DNA from: Candidatus Omnitrophota bacterium
Lineage (GTDB): Bacteria > Omnitrophota > Gorgyraeia > Zapsychrales > Fredricksoniimonadaceae
DNA length: 56,043 nucleotides
Direction of reading: 5' to 3'
NCBI GenBank assembly: GCA_903959815.1
Contig: CAJBYM010000022.1
Coordinates: 1-56,043, forward strand
Shown here: positions 18,000 to 28,958 of the stretch, one piece after another
Numbering within the stretch: position 1 is the stretch's first letter
Layout: each line of letters starts with the position of its first letter
The notes under the pieces: generated by a model
The model's database searches: none
What the model was told of the DNA's origin: nothing
The model's input: the letters and a program-made list of their open reading frames with translations, nothing else
Program-made: the position numbers and the translations under genes

Positions 18000-19010
18000 T
18001 TATGCCCTGCCAGCAGACCCGAGCACCTTCTCGTTCTTCTGCTTATACAGCTTGACCAGCGCATCGCGCGCAGGACCAAGGTACTTGCGCGGATCAAACT
18101 CGCCCGGATTCTCCGCGAACGTCTTACGGATAAGCGCGGTCATGGCCAAACGCCCGTCGGAATCAATGTTGATCTTGCATACCGCAGATTTGGCCGCACG
18201 ACGCAGCTGCTCTTCAGGAATGCCCACAGCAGCTTCAAGCTTGCCGCCGAATTTATTGATCATCTCAACATACTCCGTCGCCACAGAACTTGAACCATGC
18301 AGAACGATCGGAAAACCCGGAATGCGCTTTTCGATCTCTTCCAAAATATCAAAACGAAGCGGCGGCGGGACAAGCACCCCAGTCACCGGATCCTTGGTGC
18401 ACTGCGCTGGCTTGAACTTGTAAGCCCCATGCGATGTGCCAATGGAAATAGCGAGCGAATCAACACCCGTCCTTCCAACAAAATCCACGACCTGATCAGG
18501 CTGCGTGTACACAGAATGTGCCGCTACAACATCATCCTCAATACCGGAGAGCACACCCAATTCAGCTTCAACCGTCACATCATACTTATGCGCAAAATCA
18601 GCGACCTGTTTGGCCAATTCAATGTTCTTTTCATACGGATGATGCGACCCGTCGATCATGACGGACGAGAAACCGGTCTCAATGCAAGACTTCGCCAGTT
18701 CAAACGTATCCCCATGGTCCAGGTGCAGTGCGATCGGGATCTCTTTTAAACCCTTGGCCTTGGCGATCTCTTTCATCATCTCGACCGCGCCCTGGCCCAT
18801 GTAACGCAACAGCGTCGCATTGGCATATTTGCGGGCACCGGATGAAACCTGAAGGATGACCGGAGAACCAGTTTCCACACAAGCCGTAATAATGGCCTGG
18901 ATCTGTTCCATGTTATTGAAATTATACGCCGGGATGGCATAGCCACCTTTAACCGCTGCCGCGAACATTGCTTTCGTGTTGGACAAACCTAACTCTTTGT
19001 AAGAAACCAT
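18000..19010 (-). CDS. fba: Class II fructose-1,6-bisphosphate aldolase
   Basis: 336 aa. AYNFNNMEQ, IALHLDHGD, SVMIDGS, IVLHGSSS. ATG at 19010 with a GGAGAT SD. Confidence 0.9.
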   Translation of the reverse strand: MVSYKELGLSNTKAMFAAAVKGGYAIPAYNFNNMEQIQAIITACVETGSPVILQVSSGARKYANATLLRYMGQGAVEMMKEIAKAKGLKEIPIALHLDHGDTFELAKSCIETGFSSVMIDGSHHPYEKNIELAKQVADFAHKYDVTVEAELGVLSGIEDDVVAAHSVYTQPDQVVDFVGRTGVDSLAISIGTSHGAYKFKPAQCTKDPVTGVLVPPPLRFDILEEIEKRIPGFPIVLHGSSSVATEYVEMINKFGGKLEAAVGIPEEQLRRAAKSAVCKINIDSDGRLAMTALIRKTFAENPGEFDPRKYLGPARDALVKLYKQKNEKVLGSAGRA

Positions 19011-19112
19011 ATGAATCTCCTTGATTAGTTAATTCAAAAAGCCTTTTGGCTTGAATGTCGAGGTCTTACTATACTAAGATTTCAAAACAACGACAAGGGA
19101 AAAAGTCATTTC

Positions 19113-19811
19113 TCAATATTTTCGAACACAACGAATATGCGCAAAAAGATCTGTCTTGCCCGTAGTGCCCTGACTGGCATTAGAGAAATACTGATACTCG
19201 GCGCCATAACCGCTCGTCTCCGTTGACGACCAGTAATAATACGTTGAAAACCCTTTGATCGCGTCCTTGTTGTTATAAAGGACATCGTTAACTTCTTTCT
19301 TGGCAGGTAGATACCAGTCGTTATACCCGCTATAAACCATATCCTGACAATATTTAGCCGCGTCCGTATCCGTATAAAAAGGAGACAGGGTTGTCAATTT
19401 ATTAGTGTTAAAAACGCCATCGGTCTCACTTGCCGCGCCTGTAACGACATTGTAAGCCGTTGTCCCTGAATTGTTGGCCCATTTCAATATTACAGTATCA
19501 TTATTAGCACCACCCGCACAAGTCGGATGGGTCAGATCCGCACCCGCGCACCCTCCGGGTGTGACCATATATTTATCCGTTGGAACAAGGTTCGCATAAT
19601 TCGTACCTCCATACAACGCCAGCGTACCATCGCACGCCTGTCCTATGGATTTCCCCGCGCAAGGATCAGTCACCAACGACGGAACAGCAATCTGCGCGCT
19701 GGATATCCTCGCGCCTGAAATGAAGGCCGCTTGTGCCGCATATGAAGCATCCATACATGCGAATAAAAAAAAAGGAAGAACAATAAATATCCGGCAAGTT
19801 TTAATAGCCAT
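19113..19811 (-). CDS. Secreted Cys-rich protein with DUF1566/Lcl-like C-terminal domain
   Basis: Signal peptide IFIVLPFFLFACMDASYA. The C-terminal YCQDMVYSGYNDWYLPAKKEVNDVLYNN...YYWSSTE...IRCVRKY resembles the DUF1566 fold family (from memory). It overlaps the pilD stop by 11 nt. Confidence 0.6.
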   Translation of the reverse strand: MAIKTCRIFIVLPFFLFACMDASYAAQAAFISGARISSAQIAVPSLVTDPCAGKSIGQACDGTLALYGGTNYANLVPTDKYMVTPGGCAGADLTHPTCAGGANNDTVILKWANNSGTTAYNVVTGAASETDGVFNTNKLTTLSPFYTDTDAAKYCQDMVYSGYNDWYLPAKKEVNDVLYNNKDAIKGFSTYYYWSSTETSGYGAEYQYFSNASQGTTGKTDLFAHIRCVRKY

Positions 19812-21003
19812 ACATCCCCATGACCCATCGGATGATCATATCACCCCAAAAAAGACTGGCAACAATACCGACAGCAAGAAATGGTCCGTAAGCAATCGCT
19901 GTATCCTGTCGACGTAAAACCTTGATCAGACCAAACACCGCTCCAATAAAAGGCGCAATAAAGAATGCCACCAGAGCCAACTGCCACCCTAAAAACGCAC
20001 CCGCCATGGCCAAGAATTTCACATCCCCCCAGCCCATGACCCCGCCCTGATCCACATCCTGCAGCATCGCAAAGATCTCCTGACGCTTATCCTCAAACAC
20101 AGGTTCAAGCTTTAGGCCTGCGGCCGTCTTCACATCACGCAACGCCGATTGAAGGCTCCCCTGAGCATCCACATAACCTGCCCCATGAAGGGCTTTCATC
20201 AGCGCCAAAGGATCATCCACCATACCTTTAAAATCAAATTCCGTCACAACACGTTTGGTGATCAAGACCTCTCCGATAAGCCCCGTGACCCAAAGGGAGC
20301 ACGCACCGATCACGGCACCCTGTAAAGCATCAGCAAGCGCCGCAAAAGACGTCGCGCAAGACGGGATGACACCTGCCAATGTCATCAATGACCATTGCAA
20401 TAACAAAAATGCCGTCCCCAAAAGAAGGATCTTCTTGTCTTCTCCATCAACGGGGATCTTAAAGCGAAATAACTTGAGCAGATGAAGCCCCATGCATGTG
20501 CCACCCAGAATAAAAGCGACCATGCTACCGACGATCAGCACTTCAGATGCCGGACCTTTATGAAGAGCAGGAATGAGCATGCTCAATAAGAAACCGACCC
20601 ACATCCCGCCCACACTAACCTCATCCGGAATGATACGCCACTCAAGATCCACAAACGATGCCACAACCAGAAGGCCGATGAGCACAAAAGCTGGAACCAA
20701 CACCCAGGAAAAACCAAACACGATATACGCAAAGAAGAATAAAGCCGCTGTTAAAAGTTCAACCACGAAATAATGCAACGGTATGCCTTTTTGACACGAG
20801 CGGCACCTGGCTTTTAGGGCCAAGAAACTGATCAAAGGAATGTTGTCATACCAATAGATCGGCGCCTGACACTGCGGGCAATGCGACGATGGAAAAACGA
20901 TCGATTCACTCTTGGGAAGACGGACAATGCACACATTAAGGAAACTGCCGATCAAAGCACCGAAAACAAAAAAGATAGTCCGCAAGAAGATCTCTATTTC
21001 CAT
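19801..21003 (-). CDS. pilD: Prepilin (type IV leader) peptidase, A24 family, with a large internal insertion
   Basis: N-terminal zinc knuckle CPQCQ...CRSCQ. First Asp region SFVDLEWRIIPDE and second Asp motif GWGDVKFLAMAGAFLG. 400 aa, compared with the usual ~250-290. Confidence 0.8.
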   Translation of the reverse strand: MEIEIFLRTIFFVFGALIGSFLNVCIVRLPKSESIVFPSSHCPQCQAPIYWYDNIPLISFLALKARCRSCQKGIPLHYFVVELLTAALFFFAYIVFGFSWVLVPAFVLIGLLVVASFVDLEWRIIPDEVSVGGMWVGFLLSMLIPALHKGPASEVLIVGSMVAFILGGTCMGLHLLKLFRFKIPVDGEDKKILLLGTAFLLLQWSLMTLAGVIPSCATSFAALADALQGAVIGACSLWVTGLIGEVLITKRVVTEFDFKGMVDDPLALMKALHGAGYVDAQGSLQSALRDVKTAAGLKLEPVFEDKRQEIFAMLQDVDQGGVMGWGDVKFLAMAGAFLGWQLALVAFFIAPFIGAVFGLIKVLRRQDTAIAYGPFLAVGIVASLFWGDMIIRWVMGMYGY

Positions 21004-21040
21004 TATTAAATCCTTTTACAAGTGAGTTTCAAACAGGCCC

Positions 21041-21916
21041 CTACGCCTTATTGTTTTCCGAAGATTTCTTCTGTAACTCTGCCCACATCCGCTCTTTCAC
21101 CTTCTCCGGAAGCTGCATTTCCGCCCAATGCTGGAACGCCAGAACGCCTTGATAAAAAAGCATTTTAAGCCCGTTGACCGCCTTCGCCCGCCTGGCCTTG
21201 GCCATAATCAAGAGCTTGGTCTGCGACGGATTATAAACAAGATCATAAACCATGATATTCGGATGCAGCAACTCTTCATTAACAAGACATGGATCCGTGG
21301 GCTTCATGCCGATGGGCGTGGCATTAACGAGAAGATCCGCAAGTTCAATATTCAGATCATCAATGCTGCCCACCACCTCAACACGACCTGTATCCATGCG
21401 CGTCGAAAGATCTTGAACAAGCGCCTTAGCCCGGTCGCGATCCACATCAAATATTTTGATCACATGCGCCTTTTCAGGTAAAAGGCAAAAGACACTGATG
21501 ATGGCACGCGAAGCGCCACCAGCCCCAAGGATCGCAATGCGTTTATCCTTAGGGTCAAACCCCTCTTCCTTCAAATGTGCCAGGAACCCTGGGCCGTCGG
21601 TGTTATGGCCAATAAGCTTGCGCTCAGGCGAAATGACAACGGTATTGACCGCGCCAACTTTCATGGCAAAGGGATCCAGTCCATCAAGAAACGGGATCAC
21701 ATGCTCTTTATGCGGGATCGTCACATTCACACCAAAAACATGACTGTCTTTTTCTTTAAGTGATTTAAAAAAAGCTCCCAACTCTTCCTGCTTCATAGGA
21801 AAGAGTTCATAGACAGCGTCCACACCCAATACATCGAATGCCGTATTATGAATGACCGGCGAAAGACTATGCCCGAGCGGATATCCAACAAGCCCATAGG
21901 TCGACTTAACGGTCAT
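21041..21916 (-). CDS. aroE: Shikimate 5-dehydrogenase
   Basis: YGLVGYPLGHSLSPVIHNTAF, NVTIPHK, ILGAGGASRAI. ATGA overlap with the leuA stop. Confidence 0.9.
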   Translation of the reverse strand: MTVKSTYGLVGYPLGHSLSPVIHNTAFDVLGVDAVYELFPMKQEELGAFFKSLKEKDSHVFGVNVTIPHKEHVIPFLDGLDPFAMKVGAVNTVVISPERKLIGHNTDGPGFLAHLKEEGFDPKDKRIAILGAGGASRAIISVFCLLPEKAHVIKIFDVDRDRAKALVQDLSTRMDTGRVEVVGSIDDLNIELADLLVNATPIGMKPTDPCLVNEELLHPNIMVYDLVYNPSQTKLLIMAKARRAKAVNGLKMLFYQGVLAFQHWAEMQLPEKVKERMWAELQKKSSENNKA

Positions 21917-23475
21917 GGCTGCAACCCGAAATCGATCTTCTTGGTCTTTGACTTCTTAGCTGTTGCCGCAACACAGGCTTTATTGACCGCATTCAAATAT
22001 GCTTTCACCGAAGCCTCAATAACATCCGTCGACGCGCCGATACCAATGACCTTCTGACCATTGAAATTGACGCGCACACGCACCTCACCCATGGCATCCT
22101 GTCCCTCGGTGACAGATTGAATACTATAATTCAAAAGCTTGCCCTTTAAACCTGTGATCTTATCAATGGCCACATAACAGGCGTCAATCGGACCATCACC
22201 GGTCGCCTTCTTGGTATGCACTTTTCCTCCGGACTTCAGTCGCATCGTCACATCGGGAACGATCTTTGTCCCGCTGGTCACCGTCAATGAATCCAAGATC
22301 CAAATGTCCTTGACCTCCTGAACCTCATCTTCAACAATAGCAACAAGGTCCTCATCAAAGACTTCTTTCTTCTTATCGCACAAGTCCTTGAACCGGTCGA
22401 ACGCGCGCAGCATTTCCTGTTCGCTCAGCTCAATGCCCAAACGTTTCAGACGATCCTTCAATCCCGCACGGCCAGAATGCTTGCCCAACACCAGGCCAGT
22501 GCCTGTAAAACCCACATCCTCAGGACGAATGATCTCATACGTTGTCGGTTCTTTCAAAACTCCATCCTGATGGATCCCTGATTCATGACGAAAGGCATTC
22601 CCACCAACGATCGCCTTGTTCGGTGCAATCACAAACCCGGTATACTTGCTGACCATACGCGAAACACGTGATATCTCGGGCGTATTGATGCCCGTCATGG
22701 CACCAAAATAATCACTGCGTGTCCGCAAGGCCATGACGATCTCTTCCATGGCCGCATTGCCGGCACGTTCACCAATACCATTGATCGTGCACTCAACCTG
22801 ACGGGCACCGCTTTTAACGGCCGCCAATGAATTGGCCACAGCCAGACCCAGATCATTATGGCAATGGACTGAAATGATCGCCTTGTTGATATTCGGCACG
22901 TTGCTACGGATATCTGTGATCAATTTTGCATACTGCTCCGGCATGGCATACCCGACGGTATCAGGAATATTAACCGTCCTGGCACCTGCCTTAATGACGG
23001 CCTCCAAAACACGGTACAAGAAGGTTTTGTCACTGCGGGATGCATCCTCAGGAGAGAATTCAATATCATCGATCTTATCCCGGGCATACGTCACAGCGTC
23101 CACCGCCATCTGAACGATCTCATCCGGTGTTTTCCTCAATTTATGTTCCAGATGGATCTTGGAGGTAGCCAGAAAAACATGGATGCGCGGACGCTTGGCG
23201 CCTTTAACAGCTTCGGCCGCAGCATCAATATCTTTTCTGACAGCACGGGCCAATCCCGCAACGGTCGATGTCTTTACTTTCTTGGCAACGATCTGAACAG
23301 ACTCAAAATCCCCTTTGGAAATAACAGGGAACCCTGCTTCAATGATATCCACACCCAAACGTTCGAGCGCCAAAGCCACTTCCAGCTTTTCACGCTGATT
23401 CATGCTGGCGCCAGGGGCTTGTTCGCCGTCGCGCAAGGTGGTGTCGAAAATCAATACTCTGTCTTGTTTGCTCAT
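21913..23475 (-). CDS. leuA: 2-isopropylmalate synthase
   Basis: IFDTTLRDGEQAPGASM, HCHNDLGLAVANSLAAV, and a C-terminal LeuA regulatory domain. ATG at 23475; the track start at 23481 is TTG. Confidence 0.9.
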   Translation of the reverse strand: MSKQDRVLIFDTTLRDGEQAPGASMNQREKLEVALALERLGVDIIEAGFPVISKGDFESVQIVAKKVKTSTVAGLARAVRKDIDAAAEAVKGAKRPRIHVFLATSKIHLEHKLRKTPDEIVQMAVDAVTYARDKIDDIEFSPEDASRSDKTFLYRVLEAVIKAGARTVNIPDTVGYAMPEQYAKLITDIRSNVPNINKAIISVHCHNDLGLAVANSLAAVKSGARQVECTINGIGERAGNAAMEEIVMALRTRSDYFGAMTGINTPEISRVSRMVSKYTGFVIAPNKAIVGGNAFRHESGIHQDGVLKEPTTYEIIRPEDVGFTGTGLVLGKHSGRAGLKDRLKRLGIELSEQEMLRAFDRFKDLCDKKKEVFDEDLVAIVEDEVQEVKDIWILDSLTVTSGTKIVPDVTMRLKSGGKVHTKKATGDGPIDACYVAIDKITGLKGKLLNYSIQSVTEGQDAMGEVRVRVNFNGQKVIGIGASTDVIEASVKAYLNAVNKACVAATAKKSKTKKIDFGLQP

Positions 23476-23558
23476 AAACAACTCTTTCTTTAAGAAGGCG
23501 GGTTTAAAACCCGCCCCTACACAATAATTTTACGGTTGTTATTCCTTAATTATACAAT

Positions 23559-23593
23559 AAAAAAGCGCATGCCATAAGACATGCGCTTTTTTT
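23559..23593 (-). terminator. Intrinsic terminator after ilvC (symmetric A/T flanks)
   Basis: A6, stem GCGCATG (23565-23571) / CATGCGC (23580-23586), then T7. On the minus strand the hairpin is followed by TTTTTTATT. A TATAAT-like box follows before leuA. Confidence 0.7.
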
Positions 23594-23614
23594 GTCGAAC
23601 TTAACGTGCACGCC

Positions 23615-24607
23615 TTACTTTTTTATCCACGACATCATACCACGAAGTCGCTTGCCGGTCTCTTCGATCGGATGCTTATCCGCATCAATGCGCATCTGCT
23701 TGAAATTCTCACGGCCCTTCTTGTTCTCCTTCATCCACTCACGCGCAAACTTGCCCGTCTGGATTTCCTTAAGAATCTTTTCCATTTCCTTACGGGTCTT
23801 CGCATTAATGATGCGTGGACCGCGGCTATAATCACCATATTCAGCCGTATCAGAAACACGCTTACGCATGCCGGCGATACCTTCTTCATAAATAATATCC
23901 ACAATGAGCTTAAGCTCATGCAAACATTCGAAATAGGCCATCTCCGGAGCATAGCCCGCGTTGACCAGCGTTTCATATCCCGCCTTGACCAACTCTGTCG
24001 TTCCACCGCAAAGAACAACCTGTTCGCCAAAAAGATCTGTCTCGGTCTCTTCCTTAAAGGTGGTCTCGAATACACCCGCACGTGTGCCGCCCAAACCCTT
24101 GGCATACGCGAGCGCTTCTTTCAAAGCATTACCCGATGCATTCTGATGAATAGCCACCAAACACGGAACGCCCTTACCCTCTTCATACTGACGGCGCACA
24201 AAAGAACCCGGCCCCTTGGGAGCGACCATCCACACATCAACATCCGCCGGCGGCTTGATCTGGCCAAAATGAATATTGAATCCGTGTGAAAAAACCAGAG
24301 CTTTGCCCGGCTTCATATGACGACGAATAGACTTCTTATAGATCTCAGCCTGCAAATGATCCTGGGCCAAAATCTGGACGATATCCGCCTTCTGAGCCGC
24401 CTTGCCCGCATCCATGGGCTTGAAACCATCCTCAACCGCCTTCTGGAAATTCGGAGTGGTCTCAAGTTCAGAAACAATAACATTGATCCCGCTATCGCGC
24501 AAATTAAGGGCCTGGCCTCTTCCCTGAATACCATAACCAATAATGGCAACAGTCTTGCCTTTTAATACATTCAGGTCTGCATCTTTGTCGTAATAGATCT
24601 TAGGCAT
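23615..24607 (-). CDS. ilvC: Ketol-acid reductoisomerase (class I)
   Basis: 330 aa. [26 protein letters not shown]-binding motif with conserved KARI core strings. Confidence 0.9.
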   Translation of the reverse strand: MPKIYYDKDADLNVLKGKTVAIIGYGIQGRGQALNLRDSGINVIVSELETTPNFQKAVEDGFKPMDAGKAAQKADIVQILAQDHLQAEIYKKSIRRHMKPGKALVFSHGFNIHFGQIKPPADVDVWMVAPKGPGSFVRRQYEEGKGVPCLVAIHQNASGNALKEALAYAKGLGGTRAGVFETTFKEETETDLFGEQVVLCGGTTELVKAGYETLVNAGYAPEMAYFECLHELKLIVDIIYEEGIAGMRKRVSDTAEYGDYSRGPRIINAKTRKEMEKILKEIQTGKFAREWMKENKKGRENFKQMRIDADKHPIEETGKRLRGMMSWIKK

Positions 24608-24629
24608 TTCTTCATTTCCCCTTTTTAGT

Positions 24630-25604
24630 TTAACGGAGCATCTCGATAAGTCTCAGACGCTCCTGATAGATGTCATTATCACGCTTCCTGGCCTGGGCCA
24701 AAGGAATGACGTTTAATTTATCACGAATTACGCCTAAAGCAACTCCAAAGTTGCCCTTGAGCATCTCTTCCACAGCCGCAACCCCCAGCCGCGTCGATAA
24801 CAAACGATCCGCACCGCACGGTGTCCCACCCCGCATCACATGCCCCAGGACCACGCTGCGCGTCTCCACACCTGTCATATTTGTAATCGTCTGAGCCACC
24901 ACATCTGCCTTGGCACCGCCCTCAGCTGTAATAATGATCCAGCTGATCTTGCCCTTTTTATTCCCGGCCTGAATGTTGTCGCAAAGTTGTTTATAATTAG
25001 GCTTAAACTCAGGAACGATCACATCTTCCGCTCCTGCGGCCAGGGCAACTTCCATGGCCATGTAACCCGAGCGATTACCCATGACCTCAATGACGAACAC
25101 CCTCTCCATGCTTTGCGCCGTATCACGGACTTTATCGATCGCATCCAATGCCGTATTGATCGCGGTATGACATCCGATAGTTTGATCTGTCCCGAAAAGA
25201 TCATTATCAATGGTGCCGGGAATACCGATCGTCGGAAAACGCCACTTCTCATAGAGAGTGCTCGCGCCCAAATAAGACCCGTCTCCACCAATAACAACAA
25301 GCCCGTCGATCTTATGTTTCTTTAAAGTGGCCATGGCCTTTGCCTGACCTTCTTGTGTTCGAAAATCTTTGCTACGTGCCGTCTTAAGGATCGTGCCGCC
25401 GCGGCTGATGATATTCGAGACGGAACGAGGACCCATATCGATCAGATCATTATCGATCAATCCCTGATAACCACGCATAACACCTTCGACCTTCAATCCA
25501 TTAAAACAAGCCGCACGAACGACCGCACGCACAGCCGCGTTCATCCCCGGGCCGTCGCCACCAGAACACAGAACGCCAATCTTATTGATTTTGGAATTTT
25601 TCAT
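24630..25604 (-). CDS. pfkA: 6-phosphofructokinase
   Basis: [50 protein letters not shown]. The ATG at 25604 lies just after the ahcY stop; the track's longer start overlaps ahcY. Confidence 0.85.
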   Translation of the reverse strand: MKNSKINKIGVLCSGGDGPGMNAAVRAVVRAACFNGLKVEGVMRGYQGLIDNDLIDMGPRSVSNIISRGGTILKTARSKDFRTQEGQAKAMATLKKHKIDGLVVIGGDGSYLGASTLYEKWRFPTIGIPGTIDNDLFGTDQTIGCHTAINTALDAIDKVRDTAQSMERVFVIEVMGNRSGYMAMEVALAAGAEDVIVPEFKPNYKQLCDNIQAGNKKGKISWIIITAEGGAKADVVAQTITNMTGVETRSVVLGHVMRGGTPCGADRLLSTRLGVAAVEEMLKGNFGVALGVIRDKLNVIPLAQARKRDNDIYQERLRLIEMLR

Positions 25605-25608
25605 AAAC

Positions 25609-27012
25609 TCAATACCGATAGTGGTCTGGTTTATAGGGCCCTTCAACAGGGATGCCGAGATACTGCGACTGCTTCTTGGACAATTTGGTCAGCTTGACAC
25701 CAACGTTATCAAGGTGCAGGCGGGCCACTTCCTCATCCAAATGTTTCGGCAAACGATAAACGCCGACCGCATATTTCTTCTGCCACAGCTCAAGCTGAGC
25801 CAATGTCTGATTCGTAAATGAATTCGACATCACAAACGAAGGATGACCGGTCGCACAACCCAAATTCACCAAACGCCCTTCAGCTAAAAGAATAATACAA
25901 TGCCCGTCAGGAAAAATATACTTGTCCACCTGAGGCTTAATATTCACATGTTTAACACCCGGACACTTATAAAGGCCACCGACCGCGATCTCATTATCAA
26001 AATGGCCGATATTACAAACAATCGCGTGATCTTTCATTTTTTTCATATGATCAAGCGTAATGATCTCGCAATTCCCTGTGGCTGTCACAAATAAATTCGC
26101 TTCTGGCAGTGCATCCTCAACCGTCTTCACCTCAAACCCTTCCATAGCCGCCTGAAGAGCACAGATAGGATCGATCTCGGTCACAATAACACGTGCCCCA
26201 TAATAACGCAGAGAATGTGCGCACCCCTTGCCCACATCGCCATAGCCGCACACGACCGCCACCTTGCCTGCCAGCATGATATCCGTCGCACGCTTAATGC
26301 CATCGGCCAAAGATTCTCGGCAACCATAAAGATTATCAAACTTTGACTTGGTCACCGAATCGTTCACATTGAACGCCGGAAAAAGAAGCTTCTTTTCCTG
26401 CATCATTTGATACAAACGATGAACACCCGTCGTGGTCTCTTCAGAAACACCCTTGATCTTCGGCGTGATCCCGTGCCAAAGTTTTGGATTCTCTTTAAGG
26501 GTCTCTTTAAGGCAAAGGTAAAGCTCCTTTTCATCGTCGCCACCAGGCTTGCGATTCAGAACTTTGGCGTCCTTCTCCGCAGCGAGCCCCAGATGCACCA
26601 TCATAGTCGCATCCCCGCCATCATCAACAATAAGATCCGGTCCCTTGCCATCCGGAAACACAAGCGCCTGCTTCGTGCACCACCAGTATTCCTTGAGGGT
26701 CTCACCCTTCCACGCAAACACAGGCACACCCAAATCCGCGATCGCAGCCGCAGCCTGATCCTGTGTGGAAAAAATATTACAACTCGCCCAGCGCACATCC
26801 GCACCCAACGCGACCAGGGTCTTGATCAGCACCGCCGTCTCAATGGTCATGTGCAGCGACCCCATGATCCGCGCACCCTTGAGCGGCTTATCCTTGCCAT
26901 ATTTACGACGGAGCGACATAAGCCCCGGCATTTCCTTCTCCGACATAGCGATCTGTTTATGTCCAAGCTCTGCAAGGGAAATATCTCTAACTTTATATTC
27001 TTGAGCCGCCAT
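25609..27012 (-). CDS. ahcY: Adenosylhomocysteinase
   Basis: [37 protein letters not shown] site [20 protein letters not shown], and C-terminus PDHYRY. ATG at 27012 with an AGGAA SD. Confidence 0.9.
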   Translation of the reverse strand: MAAQEYKVRDISLAELGHKQIAMSEKEMPGLMSLRRKYGKDKPLKGARIMGSLHMTIETAVLIKTLVALGADVRWASCNIFSTQDQAAAAIADLGVPVFAWKGETLKEYWWCTKQALVFPDGKGPDLIVDDGGDATMMVHLGLAAEKDAKVLNRKPGGDDEKELYLCLKETLKENPKLWHGITPKIKGVSEETTTGVHRLYQMMQEKKLLFPAFNVNDSVTKSKFDNLYGCRESLADGIKRATDIMLAGKVAVVCGYGDVGKGCAHSLRYYGARVIVTEIDPICALQAAMEGFEVKTVEDALPEANLFVTATGNCEIITLDHMKKMKDHAIVCNIGHFDNEIAVGGLYKCPGVKHVNIKPQVDKYIFPDGHCIILLAEGRLVNLGCATGHPSFVMSNSFTNQTLAQLELWQKKYAVGVYRLPKHLDEEVARLHLDNVGVKLTKLSKKQSQYLGIPVEGPYKPDHYRY

Positions 27013-27013
27013 A

Positions 27014-28171
27014 TTAAATTCCTGCATCTTTCTTTAATGTTGCTGCCATATCGGTCTTTTCCCAACGGAAAGCCGCGTTGCCAAAATGCCCATACGCTGC
27101 TGTTTGACGGAATACAGGCTTACGCAACTCAAGCTTCTTAATGATCCCAGCCGGAGTCAAATCAAAATTCTTGCGGATGATCTCAACGATCTTTTGTTCG
27201 CTGATCTTGCCCGTCCCCATGGTATCAACAAAAATACTGAGCGGCTCCGCCTTACCAATGACATAGCTAAGCTGAACAAGACACTTGTTGGCGATCTTGG
27301 CCGCAACAATATTCTTAGTGATGTAACGCGCCATGTACGCTGCACTGCGATCAACCTTCGTCGGATCCTTGCCTGAAAAAGCACCGCCGCCGTGAGGCAC
27401 GATCCCGCCATACGTATCCACGATGATCTTACGGCCAGTCACACCCGTATCCGACTGCGGGCCGCCGACAACAAACTTGCCTGTCTGATTAATATAAAAT
27501 TTTGTGTTCTTATCCATGAGCTTGCCAACGACTGGCAACGTTACAACTTTAATGATCTCTTGACGTGCCTTATCCGTGATCTTCTTGCCCGTTTTATCCA
27601 GGATCTTCTCCGTATGCTGCGCCGCGAGAACCACGGTATCAATGCGCATCGGCTTCCCATCCACATATTCAACTGTAACCTGGCTTTTGCAATCAGGCCC
27701 AAGATAATCCAGGATCTTTTTCTTCCTAACCTCTTCAACACGCTTGACCAACGCATGGGCAAGAGTAATAGGTAAAGGCATCAGTTCCTTGGTTTCATCC
27801 GTCGCATAACCATACATAATGCCCTGATCACCAGCACCACCCGCATCAACACCCTGAGAAATGTCCGGTGACTGACGGTTAATGGCATTCAGGATCGCGC
27901 AAGTTGAAGAATCAAAGCCATAAACCTGGCTGGTATAACCAATGTCGTCTAGCACACCACGCACAAGCTTATGCACATCCACATACGTGGATGTCGTGAT
28001 CTCACCACCGACGATAACGAGCCCGGCACTGATGAACGTTTCACACGCCACACGCCCCTTGGGATCATCCTTTAGGACCGCATCCAGCACCGCATCCGAG
28101 ATCTGATCGCAGACTTTATCCGGATGACCGTTACCTACTGACTCTGATGTAATAAAATAATTGCCTTTCAC
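27014..28171 (-). CDS. metK: S-adenosylmethionine synthetase
   Basis: [59 protein letters not shown] start at 28171 behind AAGGAAAGGAAAG. Confidence 0.9.
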   Translation of the reverse strand: MKGNYFITSESVGNGHPDKVCDQISDAVLDAVLKDDPKGRVACETFISAGLVIVGGEITTSTYVDVHKLVRGVLDDIGYTSQVYGFDSSTCAILNAINRQSPDISQGVDAGGAGDQGIMYGYATDETKELMPLPITLAHALVKRVEEVRKKKILDYLGPDCKSQVTVEYVDGKPMRIDTVVLAAQHTEKILDKTGKKITDKARQEIIKVVTLPVVGKLMDKNTKFYINQTGKFVVGGPQSDTGVTGRKIIVDTYGGIVPHGGGAFSGKDPTKVDRSAAYMARYITKNIVAAKIANKCLVQLSYVIGKAEPLSIFVDTMGTGKISEQKIVEIIRKNFDLTPAGIIKKLELRKPVFRQTAAYGHFGNAAFRWEKTDMAATLKKDAGI

Positions 28172-28211
28172 GCGTTCTTTCCTTTCCTTAATGGATCAAG
28201 TGGAGTTTTGT

Positions 28212-28958
28212 TCAAGACTTGTCAAAAAATCTCTTCTGTGCCTGATCGTATGATTCTAAACTCCCGATATCATACCATTTTCCCTGGAATTTAAAACCGT
28301 AAACTGGACTCTTTAAATAGAGCCACTGGATGCAGCCACCAGTCGTATCCGTGCTATGGGTTTCATCCACATACCGATGAATAAGGGGCAATGCTTCCTT
28401 CGGGAAATAATACAAACACATCGAAATAAGGCTCGATTTCGGAGCCTTGGGTTTCTCTTCCAAAGACATCAAACGTCCGTCCGCATCAAGCGCAAGCACC
28501 CCATACTTGGATGCAGCGGAAACTTCAAGGATATCATAAGCACCGACTGTCGTCGATGGTGCTTTGCTCATGGCAAAACGCACGAACGCATCAACCCCTT
28601 GATCAAAAAGATTATCACTGCCTGCCACAAGCCAATCTGTCGGCTCTTTATCCTGATCCAGGACAAACAAAATATCCCCTACTGCTCCGAGTCGCTCTTC
28701 CGGAGTCTTGGTCCCATCACTGATAACGCGGATTAAGAAAGGAAGTGCGGTTTTCTTGTCGGCCCAAGCTTTAAGCAAGGCATAAAACTTATCATTAGTA
28801 ACAACACACACTTCCTCAACGCCCGGAAGCTGATAAAACTTTTCAAGAACATGATCAATGAGGGTTTTTCCACACACCTCAAGAAGAGCCTTGGGTGTAT
28901 CTTTAACAAGAGGATAAAGGCGTGTGCCATAACCGCCGGCAAGGATCAAGATCTTCAT
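28212..28958 (-). CDS. Sugar-phosphate nucleotidyltransferase (NTP_transferase family; substrate unknown)
   Basis: N-terminal MKILILAGGYGTRLYPLVKDTPKALLEV (G-x-G-T-R-L signature). ATGA overlap with the ptsI stop. Confidence 0.75.
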   Translation of the reverse strand: MKILILAGGYGTRLYPLVKDTPKALLEVCGKTLIDHVLEKFYQLPGVEEVCVVTNDKFYALLKAWADKKTALPFLIRVISDGTKTPEERLGAVGDILFVLDQDKEPTDWLVAGSDNLFDQGVDAFVRFAMSKAPSTTVGAYDILEVSAASKYGVLALDADGRLMSLEEKPKAPKSSLISMCLYYFPKEALPLIHRYVDETHSTDTTGGCIQWLYLKSPVYGFKFQGKWYDIGSLESYDQAQKRFFDKS

